This document shows positions 24,781 to 38,506 of a DNA stretch of 64,000 nt, one piece after another. The DNA lies in assembly GCA_012295275.1 (NCBI GenBank), contig CM022679.1, forward strand, positions 10,292,001 to 10,356,000. Direction: 5' to 3'. Source of the stretch: Chrysomallon squamiferum. Its lineage: Eukaryota > Animalia > Mollusca. Positions within the stretch are counted from its first letter, which is position 1. Each line of letters opens with the position of its first letter. The position numbers were made by a program, and so were the translations under genes. The notes under the pieces were generated by a model, which was not told the origin of the DNA, ran no database searches, and saw nothing but the letters and a program-made list of their open reading frames with translations.

Positions 24781-25789
24781 TAAAAATAAAATAGTCATTC
24801 AGTCTTTCAAAATAAACTTTAAAAGCAATTGACAGCCTCCCACACACACATTTATATGCACATGCACAAGCATGGACAGACAGACACACACACACACACA
24901 CCAAAACTTGAATAATTCCACCATTTCAATACATTTACTCTGTCTGACCACACAAGGAAATATAATCAATCACAAACACATCAAAAAGGACCAAAAATAA
25001 AATCCACTAAAAGGAGAGAATTCTATTTTTGGTAGAAGCTTCAGAAAAGCCATCTTCTGATCAGCAATCACTTCATTGGCTATTATTGGTGGCAAATTTG
25101 TTTCAAGGTTAGGGGAAAAAAAAAAAATGGAAACAATAACAAACATAAATAAATAAAAAAATAAATAAATAGCAAAACAAAAACAAAAATGAAAAATGAA
25201 AACAATAATAAACATAAGTAAAATAAACACAAAATTCAGATACTTAAAAATCTAAAAACAGAAACCATTTTGAAAAACATTCAAAACAAAACAAAAACGA
25301 AAATAATAACAGCTTTTTCAAAAAAAAAACACTCAGAGACTTGATCATAAATCTCTGTACATTCATTTGAAATGCAAAACAGTCAGTTTCAAAAAAAAAA
25401 AATAAAAAAAAAAAAAAATAGGTACATTAAAAAAAAAAAAAAAAAAAAAGAAAATGTATTAAAGGCAGACAGGAAAAAAAATGGGAACATGTCCAGGATT
25501 TGCGTCATTGGAACTAATTTTAGACTCTATGATTAAGCCTAATGATGCTGTCAACATAACTTGGTGACATGAGCAGTGCAAGTTTACAATTCTCCGGTGC
25601 ACAAATCAATACAGTTCTTTCAGTCTGAACTGCAAGTCAATTGCCAGCTGCGACTGGGTGAAATGATGCATTATTTCTCAAAATGTAGCTGTACACATTT
25701 TTAAATCTACAATTATGCAGCATACATTAAGTCTTATAGCTGGCCAGGTGGCATAACGCAGATAAACAACTTTTTTTTTTTTTTTTTTA

Positions 25790-25880
25790 AAATTTGTTTC
25801 TTATTAGCAGAAAGATATCTGTGGTATGCACCTTTCCATAGACAGGATATCACTTTGTTTATGCCAGTTTTGGAACAATG
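25790..25880 (-). mobile_element. Decayed SINE-like element fragment
   Basis: TATTAGCAGAAAGATATCT...TATGCACCTTTCCATAGACAGGATAT. Confidence 0.65.
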
Positions 25881-28800
25881 ACGTACAATATTCAGAGAGA
25901 GATTGCAGATTTTGTAAAAATAAATTTACCTGAGTATAATGATTTAATATATAGGTAGATGAATGAACACAGGCAAGAGTTAGAGATTGAATGGATGCAT
26001 AGACAGACAGATGAATACTTGGACAGAATGTCTTACTGAAGGATGGACAAACTGATGAATGTTTTTATGGATCAACTGTAACTACAAAATGTTATATGTG
26101 AAAATTGTTCTATATTAAAAAGCTCTGTTAATTCAAAATGTTATCAGATCAGTTTGGCAATTTCCCATTCCACCCAGAGCACTGCACATATGTGTACGTA
26201 CATGAATATTAGCTGTATTAAGAATCGTTTATGGGAGAGATAAAATTGATACAGAAAATCAATCTATTGATTACACTGCATGCACTATGTAGCTGTTCCT
26301 TGTTTTACTATAAAACTAATTTCTGTCTGTTTTATCATTCCTTAATCAGCAATGGAATCTTAATTGGCCATCGGTACTGAGCTCTTATCACAGGAATAAC
26401 ACACAAAGTAACTTGAAATAACAATTAACCTATTTCACTGTTAATTTATTTCATAGTGGTTTTAAGGACAGACAAAACAGTTTAAATCTTACAAAGACAA
26501 CTTTAAATAGTGATAGTGCAGTTTGCATCGACAGACCATGAAAAGCATGCTATGACAATTAAATGGCAACGTGGAGAGAGTGTTATTCAGAAAATTTTGT
26601 CAACATTATAAGCACAAATAAATTAATAAATATTTAGTAAACCTTAGGGGACAGACACACACACACACACACACACACACAGATGTTTAGAGATAAATAC
26701 ATGAATATGTAATCACTGTGGTATACATCACATTCAAACTGAAATGATTTTAACTGTAAGGAAAAACTTCAGTCAGAACTATTAGGAGAGGTAGTATCCT
26801 CTCTCTTGTATTTATAAATGAACTGGCAGCAAGAATATAAAACATTAATCATTAAACCAGTTTTCCTGCTGAAATTGTATTTTTTTTTAGGCTTATCTGA
26901 CAAATCTCGAGGAAAATGTGGCTGTACTTATGAAACAGTTGACCTTTTTTTCTTAAATGTGTGCCTTGATATATGCCAAAGGAATGATCAGATTATTTCA
27001 AAAAATACTCTAATCATTCCTTTGGCATATTTCACCTTTGAGGAATATCTAACCATTTTATGGCATAATTCACCTTGTTGAGGCATAGCCAATCATTCCT
27101 GAGGAATATTTGACCTTTTTCAGGCATATCCAACAATTTTGAGGCATCATTTGAATTTCAAGTGATTTGCAAAATCAATTAATTATGAATCAATTTATAC
27201 CAAAAAAACAAAAATAATAATATCCATATGAACAGTAATTTTCTCTTTATGGTGATAAATAAACAAACAAACATAACAAATATCAATATTGTGCAGTGTG
27301 TAAGTTCAGTGACCTTCTCATGCTAATCATAAACAACACTCAACTTACCAATGATTCTGTCCTGTAATCAACAAAAAGCAGCAACAGAAACTATTTTCTT
27401 AACAAAGATATCAAACAATACACGTTCAGTAGATTGCTGTTAATTGTGAAGTGTTATTTCCCCGAGACACAAATTAGTTTAACAATTTTTTTTGTCCAAA
27501 ACAGAAATACATTTCTAATTAGTTGTGTGGAATGAAAATTGACAAAAGGTGCTGCTCAAACTTTCAGGAAATATCAAATCAGAAATGAAAAAAAAAAAAA
27601 AAATTAATATGACAATAAATGTTAAATATCAGAAAAACAAACTGACCACAATGATGAAAACAATAGTGTTTTTACACTCAATAACAGTGATTTTATGCAT
27701 AGTGATAGTGATTTTTATGCTTGGTAATAGTGATTATACATTAAATAATTAGGGAATAATGTAACCTTGATCCTGCTTGTAAAGGCTTCTAAAAATGTTT
27801 TGAATGTTTTGTTTCAACTATATAGATTTTTGAAATCAAACATGATTTAATAGTAAAAGCTTAACAAAAAATTAAACATTTATTTCACTCTTCCTATATA
27901 GGCTCTTAAGAGTCTTCTAAAAGCTTTGTTTGAAAACACAAGTTTAGAGGTCCAGATCTGATATAACAATGATTCTGTACTAAATTACTACAATCCATAT
28001 TACTTTGATTCTGTAAGAACTTCTGAAAGCTCTGTTTATAAGATTTATAAATCCAAATATTATCTAATATTGATACAACTCTGAATAATAATAACTCAAC
28101 ATGGAATATAACATCATGGGTGATAATTCAATGAAATCAATTAAGGTTCTTAATGATATTTTAAAAAGATTTCTGAATTCTTTGTTTTGGAAGATGCATG
28201 TTTTATTTGGCAATGATTCTAGTCCTTTGCATATAACTTCATTATGCCTGAATGAATCGCTCACACAACCAATAAATGTCACTGTGGAACCTGTCTCTCT
28301 CTCTCTCACACACATGTGTGTGTGTGTGTGTGGTTTATTTTTGCAGGAATCTTCTTTCTCTTTAACTGAGAGCCATGATAGATAAAAGCCAAGAGATTTA
28401 ATAAAACTGTCAGATGTTATTTGATTTTAAACTGAATTTTACATCATTTTTTTTTTTTTTTTTTTAAATATATATTATTTTTTTCATAAAGGTTACTGAG
28501 AACAGTATCATTCTGAATTCAGACATTTTATCTTGCAGTTATCAGATCTCTTTGGAAATACAAAGATCTATTAACAAGAATACAAAAAAACACAGTAAAG
28601 CTATAAAAGTGAAATTAAAATAATAATAATAATAATGACAGTAATAATGCAAAATGGACAAAATCTCCATGGACTGTAGAGTAAGCAATAATATGCACCA
28701 CATGGAACATATCACGAATATTTAAGAGCATTTGAAGAGACAAAAACAAAGCAATTTGATACTGCCATATAATTTCTATACTGGCTTTGAGTGATAACAC

Positions 28801-29294
28801 AACCAATTATTAATTTAATATTTTTCAGTGAAAGAACTTAATATCCAGCAGGGCAGTATAAACAAGATCTACGTAAACATGTTTGTAAACATTTTGTGTA
28901 TATATATGAACATGTGAAAGATTTGCTGAATATGAATATCCCTCAGGGTAGATAGCTGTAGCAATAATGATGATGATGATGATGATTATGATGACGATGA
29001 TAATAAATTAAAAATATTTTATGATGAAAAAGCAAATAACCAGAAACGTGTGTAAATAAGATAAAAAAAAAATATTTAAGTACATGACGTATGATGTTGT
29101 TTACTATTCAGGTTATTAAATAGGTTATCTTGTTATGCTGAGAAATAAAGTATATATATATATATATATATATTAAAAAAAATAAAAATATTAAAAAATA
29201 AGTAAATTGGACATTAACTTTACATATGCTGAACCATCAAACTGAATCCTTAAAGATTTTATCAGCATTTCTTAATGTATAGTGCTTTTATTTA

Positions 29295-29340
<46 letters not shown>

Positions 29341-29961
29341 CAAAAGCAAAAACTTCACAGAGAAAACATCCTGGGTTCTCAACACACAGTATAAGAAATA
29401 TCCCCCAGTGAGACACACAAGATAAATGATCAGTCTGTACAGACTTGTGCACTTCCCTTTCTTGATTAGAAGCAAGTTCTTGGAAACCCAGCTGCCTTTG
29501 AAAGGTCACAGGTAGAATCTTGTCAGATAAGACATTGAAAAATTTACAGCTTAACTTGTGCAGGTTGATAGAACACATACTGCTCAAAACAAAATATGGG
29601 ACATTAAAATATTTTATAAAATACCATCAGTTTGTGGTTTCCACCTTTATTTAGCAGAATTAAAACTGCTGATGTACAATCAACATTGTCACCAATTTTA
29701 ATTATTATATACAGTCAAACAGTGGCACTAAGATACAGAGTAATATATATTTAAATAATGAAATAAGTGATGTGTATTTGGTTTACTATATGTAAAGGCT
29801 ACAGCTATTAAAACCAGATATTATATTATTTTTGTGTATGTATGTTTATTCAAGCAGTGTGTGTGTGTATGTGTGTTTGTGTGTGCAAGCAACTGTTTGT
29901 GTGTGTGTTTATGTGTTTTTGTGTGTGTGTGTGTGTGTTTGTGTGTATGTATGTGTGTGCA

Positions 29962-29998
<37 letters not shown>

Positions 29999-31354
29999 TT
30001 GTGTGTACCTTTGTTAGTAGATTGATGTCGTTACAGTAAAAGAACCAAAAAGATGTCTGGTTTTGTTTTTATGTTTATTTTTATATACAATGCTGCAAAA
30101 CATAGTGAGAATCATAGATCCATCGATCAAAGGATAAGACTGACGTAAGCAGTTGAGATAAAAGAAAAACAAGTTAATCAATACGATACACGTCAGACCT
30201 AAGAAAAACAATAAAAGACATCTGCTGTGTAGTTCGTTAGTAGTGGTAAATTTTTAATCTGCAAACAGTGTTGTTGAAAACAAGAGGGTACATAACTCTC
30301 TAAATTTAAATCTGCCAACAGAAGAATGCTTGGGGGTGAGGAAAATAAAAACAATGTGCCAAGATTTAATGGAATTACTAATTTAAATGGAAATTTTATT
30401 TAAATCACACAGAAAAATAGGTGGAATCAGAAAAAACAACATGATAAAAAAAAAGAAAAAAACTAGTTTCTCTGCTGCAAAGATTACAACATATTTTGAA
30501 TTAGTTAAATTGGAAGTCAGTGCCAGTTAAATGGAAATAATATTAAAATTGAAGAAAAATATATTGATTGGAATGATGTAATATTTTGAAAATTGAGATT
30601 AAATTTTACTTTATTTTTAAATTAAATTAAATTGAAAACAAAATATTAAAAATATTGGGAATAAGCAACATTTTTGATAAGCAGGACTATTAAAAGAAAA
30701 TACATACATATATATATATATATATATACACACACATATACTTATTAGATTCCTCTTTCTTTCAATCAGAAAGTGCAAAAATGATATACACTAAGCAATG
30801 CCTTTCACAGTAACCATGAGGTACCATGAGAAATGACCAGAGAGTAGATCTGTATCTAAAGTGGTTACTAAACAGTTGGTTACTGAAGGCCCTATTTGTC
30901 ATGGGGACGTTTTAAAAACTCCATCAGCAAGAGGAATCTAATAAAGGATATATGCAAGAGGTTACATTCCATTAACTTACAGTTCACCTATCGCATTTTT
31001 GTCTGTGTCACCATTACAGGGCAATAACCAGCGAGCGAGAGCAACTTAATTATTTAGACTGATTCATATTTCTCTATTGTTTTTTGTTTTTTTTTCCACT
31101 TACTTAATTGTTATTGCTGATGATGGAAATTGTCTGACAACAGACCAGTCCAGTTGAGTGAGTCCGGAATACTTAATGGATGTTTTTATGATTATTGTAA
31201 CAGTTTGTGTTAAATGATGTTTATGGAATAAAATTACAGAATACTTAATGAATTATTGTTATTACTGTTAGCTCCTTGGACAAATTTATGGTTTTATCGT
31301 TACTTATGTTGGCTGCTTGTGAGGATTTACTGTATTATTATCATTATTACTTTT

Positions 31355-31742
31355 AACACAGATTTCTGGTATTATTACACTTGGCTATTTGCATGGATTT
31401 TAATATTATCATTACTTCTGATTGATATTTGTATGGATTTATGATATTCTTACTATTACCATTGCCTATCAGCATAGATTTCTGGTATTATTATTACCAT
31501 TGGCTACTAGCATAGGTTTCTGGTATTATTATTATTATTACCATTGGCAACTAGCATAGATTTCTGATATTATTATTATTATTACCATTGGCTACTAGCA
31601 TAGGTTTCTGGTATTAATGTTATTATTGTTATTATTATTACTACTGGCTACCAACATAGATTTTTAGGTATTATTGTTACCATTGCCTTCCAGCATAGAT
31701 TTCTGGTATTATTATTATTATTATTATTATTAATATTGGCTT
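31355..31742 (+). repeat. Minisatellite with embedded variable (ATT)n: TTACCATTGGCTACTAGCATAGATTTCTGG(TAT)n
   Basis: About 6 clear units in 31455-31742 plus degenerate upstream units; unit length varies with the ATT count. Confidence 0.85.
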
Positions 31743-33176
31743 ATGATTATAGAAAGCTTGAGGAATGTTTTTTGTGATTGTTATAACCATACCAACACAG
31801 GTTTTGTTTGTAAGACACAGTTTATTTAGCAGTGTCAACAGTATGAACTGAGAAAATAGAAAATGCATTAATTTGATTTATTTTACCTAAGCCAGTTAGG
31901 CATGCAACTCTGTATTAGCCAGATACATTAATTTTCTTTCACTGTACTAGGAATTGTTATTTCTATTTGAACAAATTCAGATTTATCGTTCTTAGTGTAT
32001 TTAACTGTGCAGCAGTATGAACTGAAACAATTATTAGGTCCTAACAAAGCTTCATCATACTGGGATTAATTGTGGGATTATTTACATTTATAGTAATAAT
32101 TACTGGCTGTATTAATTTGGTTTCATCCGTAACCAGTTTACTTAACCATATAACTGTGTGATTTCAGACAATAAGTACATACTAACTGGGATTTGCTGCT
32201 TAGCAATTATTTAGATATAAACATTTGATTACCAGATGTATTAATATGACTTTATGTAGCATTGTAAATTTGACATCAGTTTCATTGCTTTGACTTCATG
32301 AATTCAGACAGTTAGATATTCAAAACTGCCATAAATGAATAAACCATTACTAAATACATGTTCATTGATTTGGATTTATCATAATTATTTGGATAAAAAC
32401 AGTTACAAAATATACTAATTTGGCCATTATATCAAAACTTGGGATATTTTTGTGTGTGTTTTTGGTGTGTTTTTTTTAACCATATAACTATATGTAAAAC
32501 AGTTAAATAGATATTCAAAAACTGCAGTAAATAAATTATAAATAAATCTCAGTCTCTAAACAGAATTTCAGATGAAATTATTAAAATTTTAGGTAAGTGG
32601 CTCTGTCATTTTAAGAATACAGGTTAATTAACAATGTAAATCATCACACATTAATGAAGAAAGCAATACAAATCGAAAGAAATGAATTAAAACAAGATAA
32701 ACAAAACAAAAAAATAAAACTACACATTTTAAATATTTACAACTTCACTGTGTCTTATGCATTAAAATAAAGAAACTTTCAACAAGCTTTCACTGATTAC
32801 AAAAAAAAAAAAACCAAGTGAAACACTGAAATTTTTAGTATTCATTAAGAATCCTTTTTGTCAATGAAATTCGTTTCAGGAAAAAAAAACGTATCTATTG
32901 CTTCAATAACCACTAGAGGTGCAAGATAGTGTATCTATCATGGAGCTTCTGAATAACCCCACAGGCAGGATATGACGTAAAGCAACTGTCATAAAACTTG
33001 TGAACTTCTCAAGCAGACTGGAGCAGTAATGTGCAGGATGTAATGGAAGAGCTTGTTTTCTGTTAGTGTATGTAATAGACAGTATCCTGTTAACAAATGA
33101 TAACTGGATGCATTTAAATGAAAAAGTAAAACATGTATGAACCTCAATCTGTCAATACTGTTTGGTGTAGAGTACA

Positions 33177-33450
33177 CAGAAATGTTTTATTTAATGATAA
33201 ACTTATTTTTAATCTGTGGTTAATTGGTATGACAGATCTGGTTAAGGAATATTCGGATAATGAGTAAAATAGTGAAGGATGGTTTAATGAAGCACAAAAC
33301 AATGATTGACCACTGGAAGTCCTTCTGTGCAGATAATGAAAAGAAACCTACAGTTACATAATGGGCTACTTTTTTTCTTTTTTTTTTTTGTAAACTAGCA
33401 GGAAAGAAACCTTTTATATAAACCTTCATATAGACAGGAAAGCACGTGTG
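33177..33450 (-). mobile_element. Decayed SINE-like element
   Basis: AGAAATGTTTTATTTAA...TGGTTAAGGA...ATGGGCTACT...TAGCAGG...TTTTATATAAACCTTCATATAGACAGGA; reverse complement of the 15297 copy layout. Confidence 0.7.
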
Positions 33451-33852
33451 ATTGATTAATTCCTTAAACTTCAGTAAGACTGCCAAGATGAGCAATCAAG
33501 GCCCTATTTTGATACATAGAAACATTATCAAAAATATGGCAGGGCTAATAATACCAAACAAGTGTCCAGCAGTGTAAACCATCAGAGCCTTGGAGCATGG
33601 TGTGGAAAGCCTGTCATCAAAAGATCTGTTTCTCTTCCGTGTATACACACTGTGTAATTTTCTTACAGCCATGAATGAACTTGTGATGTACAGTTTAATG
33701 AGTTGGCAAGGGAAGAGTGGAAATTGAGCAACTCATGAATAAAACATTGTGTGGGCGAATCAGCTGGTGATTACAAATCACTGAGCAGAAAGAGAAGGTC
33801 TGCCTCACATCGGATGAGAAAACTGAGATCGTGTGTCTTGCAGCCTGCAAGT

Positions 33853-34820
33853 CATGATCCAAACAGTTCATATGTTACAGCAACAAGACATGATCCAAAC
33901 AGTTCACATGTTACAGCAGCAAGACATGATCCAAACAGTTCACATGTTACAGCAACAAGACATGATCCAAACAGTTCACATGTTATAGTAACAAGACATG
34001 ATCCAAACAGTTCATATGTTACAGCAACAAGACATGATCCAAACAGTTCATATGTTACAGTAACAAGACATGATCCAAACTATCCATATGTTACAGCAAC
34101 ACGACATGATCCAAACAGTTCATATGTTATAGCAACATGACATGATCCAAACAGTTCATATGTTACAGCAATATGACATGATCCAAACAGTTTATATGTT
34201 ATAGCAACATGACATGATCCAAACAGTCCATATGTTACATCAACAAGACATGATCCAAACAGTTCATATGTTACAGCAATATGACATGATCCAAACAAGA
34301 TATGTTATAGCAACATGACATGATCCAAACAGTCCATATGTTACATCAACAAGACATGATCCAAACAGTTCATATGTTACAGCAACAAGACATGATCCAA
34401 ACCATCCATATGTTACAGCAACAAGACATGATCCAAACAGTTCATATGTTACAGCAACAAGACATGATCCAAACTATCCATATGTTACAGCAACAAGACA
34501 TGATCCAAACAATTCATGTGTTATGACAATATATCATGATCCAAGGAGTTCACAAATCTCATTGCAGTATGTCATGATCCAAGCAGTTCACAATTTCTCA
34601 TTGCAATATGTCATGATCCAAGCAGTTCACAAATCTCATTGCAACCAGTCACCATCCAAGCAATTCACACTTTCTCAATAATTAAATATAATCCAGGCAA
34701 ATCACAAATCTTCTTGCAACAAATCAGTTGACATATTTCATCAATACGTCTAGAACTTATAGTATTAATTCATGATCCATGCAGTTTACACAGCTTCCAG
34801 TAACAAGTCGTGATCTGAGG
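33853..34820 (+). repeat. 36-bp minisatellite CATGATCCAAACAGTTCATATGTTACAGCAACAAGA; ~19-20 homogeneous units plus a diverged tail
   Basis: CATGATCC at a 36-bp period from 33853 to 34285, one 34-bp unit, 36-bp period again 34319-34535, then 38-39-bp diverged units (34573, 34612, ~34650, ~34687, ~34771). Confidence 0.95.
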
Positions 34821-36756
34821 TCCCTCAGTTACTTGAGAGAATCACACCATTTTATTTGTAAAAAGGAAAAAATATATCATTAGTGCTATTTTCCTTGGGG
34901 TGCTAGGTTCATAAGAGACCCAGATCAAAAAGGCATATCATCATCTTCTTCATATTTTTTGTTCAAAGATGAGCTTTCTGAAAGGTTGAAAGATGATTTT
35001 ATACAGAGTAAGTGCCTGAGGTGAAAAAAAAAAAAAAAAAAAAAAAAAAAATGCATGATCTTTGTAGTTGTGGGAATTAAAGCAAAAATAATAATAATAA
35101 AAAAAAAAAAAAAAAAAAACCACCAAGAATATTTTCTTTTTTTTTTTTAAATAAATTTCTCTAATGTTGCTGCTATATTTAGTAGCAAGAGATCTTTCTT
35201 ATTCACTTTTGCCAAGACAAGAATGAGAGATCTTCTTCTGATATACTGCTGTTTTTTGTGGTTTTTTGGTAATGAATCACTGGCTATAATGTGAAAAATA
35301 TTTTATTTAGCTTCAGGTTGAAAATGCATGGAACCACTAAAACATTTTTAGAGATTTTGTACAAAATAATGTTTTGAAGGTCAAAACTGGATTTTTGATT
35401 TCACAGATTTTTTGCAGTTCCTGCTGATAATTTTTATCCCAGAATAAGAATCCTTTATTTTTCTCAAATTATTTAAAAAAACCACACACACATTACCCAC
35501 ATCCCCCCAAAAAATAAAAATAAAAACAAATACAGACTTCTGAATAAATTAGGTCTCTTCAAAGTAGTCAGTGAGTCATTTCTATTGTCAAGAAACAGTT
35601 GCTGACCTTTTTGGACTTCAGAATAAAAAAAAAAACCGCAAAAACCAAAACAAACAAGAACGACTGTTAAAGTGTAAATACAACCATTGTTTCTCATTAA
35701 AAAAAAAAAAATCTCACTGACAGTTTCATAGATTTGTGCATCAACAATAATTCACAACAATTGGAAATCCACAAAACTGCAGCTGAAACAAATTGGTTTT
35801 TGACAAGTAAGTGAAGCCACATGTTTCTGCATTGTAATGTTGCTGGTGAAAATCTGAGCCAGTTTTGACTCTCACAGCTGTTGTTACCCTTTTTCACTAA
35901 TTGCAAGATGTTTATTAACCATGGTTTACTCATCAAGCTAATATCCCTAGCCCATTTATATATATCTGATATGCTCAGTTTGTGTATGGTATATGTATGA
36001 TACAAGCATAATGCAAGTGCATTTGTTTTGTTTTTAAAATGAAATGAACATCTTTATTATCAGAACCATAATTTACTAATATTGGTGTATTATTTGGATT
36101 AACTGAAATTTGAAAAAATCCTAATTCTTTTCATTATTTTCTGGTAGTTTTATGTAGAACGTGTGTTCAAATTACCAAAAAAACCAAAATAAACAACAAC
36201 ATCATAATTTTTATATTATTTATTTTTGTTAAGCTGAATTTGTATTAATTGAGATTTGGTCCAGTTAAGAAGAATGTATATTAACTGAAATAAGAAGAAT
36301 ACTAAATCTTGTTATTATTATTTGACCTTGTTAAGTAATAACAACTAATAATGAGGTAATCTGTATAGATTATTTATTACTCATGCTTAGTAGTTCCTGG
36401 CATTTAATAACATGGTTAAATTAACAAAGACAAAACACATCCTTCTGCTGAAACTAATGAAGCAGGATTTACCAAGGAAACAATTACAAGTTAATTTGTG
36501 ATGTAATTTTGTTGTGCTGTGCATTCTTCAGTTTAGGTGGATTTTCAGATTATTAAGGTGGTTTGAACTGTTTCACCTGTATACATCTACAGTTTACTTA
36601 CATTACTGTAATAGAAAAGTGTGCAAATCAAAGATAAAAAGTTTAATACAAAAAAATAGGTGTACATTAAAAAGACATACACATACACACACATATATGC
36701 ACACACACTTATACATACATAAGTATACACAAACATACATACACACACACACACAT

Positions 36757-36801
<45 letters not shown>

Positions 36802-37221
36802 AGCACATATGCATGCACACATATTTCTAAACTCACTGTTTTACATCAAACCGTACACATGCACTTATTTACTCATCTACTGAAATAACCAAGCTTTATT
36901 TATCATTAACACTCACCCACAGGCAACTACTCTGACATCACGCAGTTTAACACCCTATCTTTTAAATCATTGCTCCCAAAACCGTTCTGGGCTTTCAAGA
37001 ACTGCTTCACAGTCTCCCAAAGAGAAAATAAATAAAAGGAGAAGTATTAAAAATCCATAACAATGTCATATACTAACTTCACAACAAGACACAGAACAAC
37101 TCATTAGAACATTCAGTTGAAGGTGACATGGTACAGTTCAGTTAAAATGGTTGTCTGCTACTGTTGAAAGGAATGGCTTGGTACATGTAAAAAGGATAAC
37201 ATGGTACTTCTAAAGAGTTGG

Positions 37222-37470
37222 GTAATAACTCATGGTTAAAATGCAGGCCTGGGGCTTAACAGGTAACAGGATCAGTCCTCCAAAAAGTAACTGTTTTGCT
37301 GTGTCCATTTAAAACCAGTGCTGTAACGATTAAATTATCAAGGGCTTTGGTATGTACTGTATTGTCCTTTCTACAGGAAAATGCAGGTAAAAGATGCCTT
37401 GCTGCTGATTAATAAAAGTAAACCACTGAGTGATAGTAGCAGACTTCTGCTTTCTTACAACCATCACCAT
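37222..37470 (+). mobile_element. Decayed SINE-like element with remnant tRNA-like head
   Basis: A-box-like TAACTCATGG and B-box-like GGATCAGTCC, then CCAGTGC...TATCAAGGGCTTTGGTATG...AAAAGATGCCTTGCTGCTGATT. Confidence 0.65.
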
Positions 37471-38463
37471 ACAAAACAATTTTTCTCATAAGAAGAGTAA
37501 TTCTTGTTGTCATGGAAACAGATTTCATCTTTCATTATAATCAGCATTAGACAAACAATCACACTATTTCACTATAATAACTTTTAGTAATTAAAAGACA
37601 GTGACATACATACAGCTGAAACAAAAGATATTTATTTTTTCTTTTCCCAAAAAAACAATTTCTGCCGGCTTCCTGGGATTTGTTTTGACTGCTTTCAGTG
37701 TTTGTTATGTGAAGTAATGTAAAAACCAGACAGCGCTGTTACAGGGATTCTTTGCCTCATATCAATACACAGGAGGTATGGAAATTATCTTTCTTCTGGA
37801 AGTAATCAGCTGCCTTCCCCACCTGGTGAGTTTGAGTTAGGTGTGGAAACTCAGAATATTTCCCCGGTGTCTTAGGAGATAGAGGCATCAGCAGATTACA
37901 GTTATTTTGTTATGTGGAAAAAAAAAAAAAACACCCATAGAACATGATGACATATTTACTGCATCTGCAATGGTCTTGTGGTCATATGGAATACATTGAT
38001 TTTTGCTGTATCTCCAATAGTTGGATTAATATAGCATTTTGGGGTGTTTAATCATTAAATTATCTCCAACAGTTGAATGGTCAAAGAATGAGATAAATCC
38101 ACTGTGTCTGCTACTTTCAATTCAGTGATTTCTTTTCTTTATCTCGAATGGTTACATGGTCACAGCACTGCATGATATTTACCACAAATTTATCTATAGT
38201 GATTGCATGGTCATTGAATATGATAAACTTCACTGCATCTGCAGTAGTTACACAGTCACAGAAAGTCGTGTTATTTGTTATAAAAATAATCTGTAGTAGA
38301 TGCATGGTCACAGCATTTGATAACCAGGACTACAGTTCAGTTTAAAAATAAGAAATAAATGATGTACAGATGTTGTTTTCCTTGTTAGAATATTTACCAT
38401 TAAAATTAGATTAACTGTTTACGTAGTGAAAGAACTGCTAGGTTATTCTATTTTAATCATAGT

Positions 38464-38506
<43 letters not shown>

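Noticed and set aside
30944-30990. ATATCCTTTA as the true U12 donor
   Set aside because: The preceding frame (NVTSCI) lacks the expected WCL....P ending.
33853-34545. CRISPR-like 36-bp repeats and repeat ORFs (RHDPNSSYVTAT; MIQTVHMLQQQD)
   Set aside because: Head-to-tail units with no spacers, no cas genes, eukaryotic intron context. The ORFs follow from the 36-bp period and are broken by stops and a 34-bp unit.
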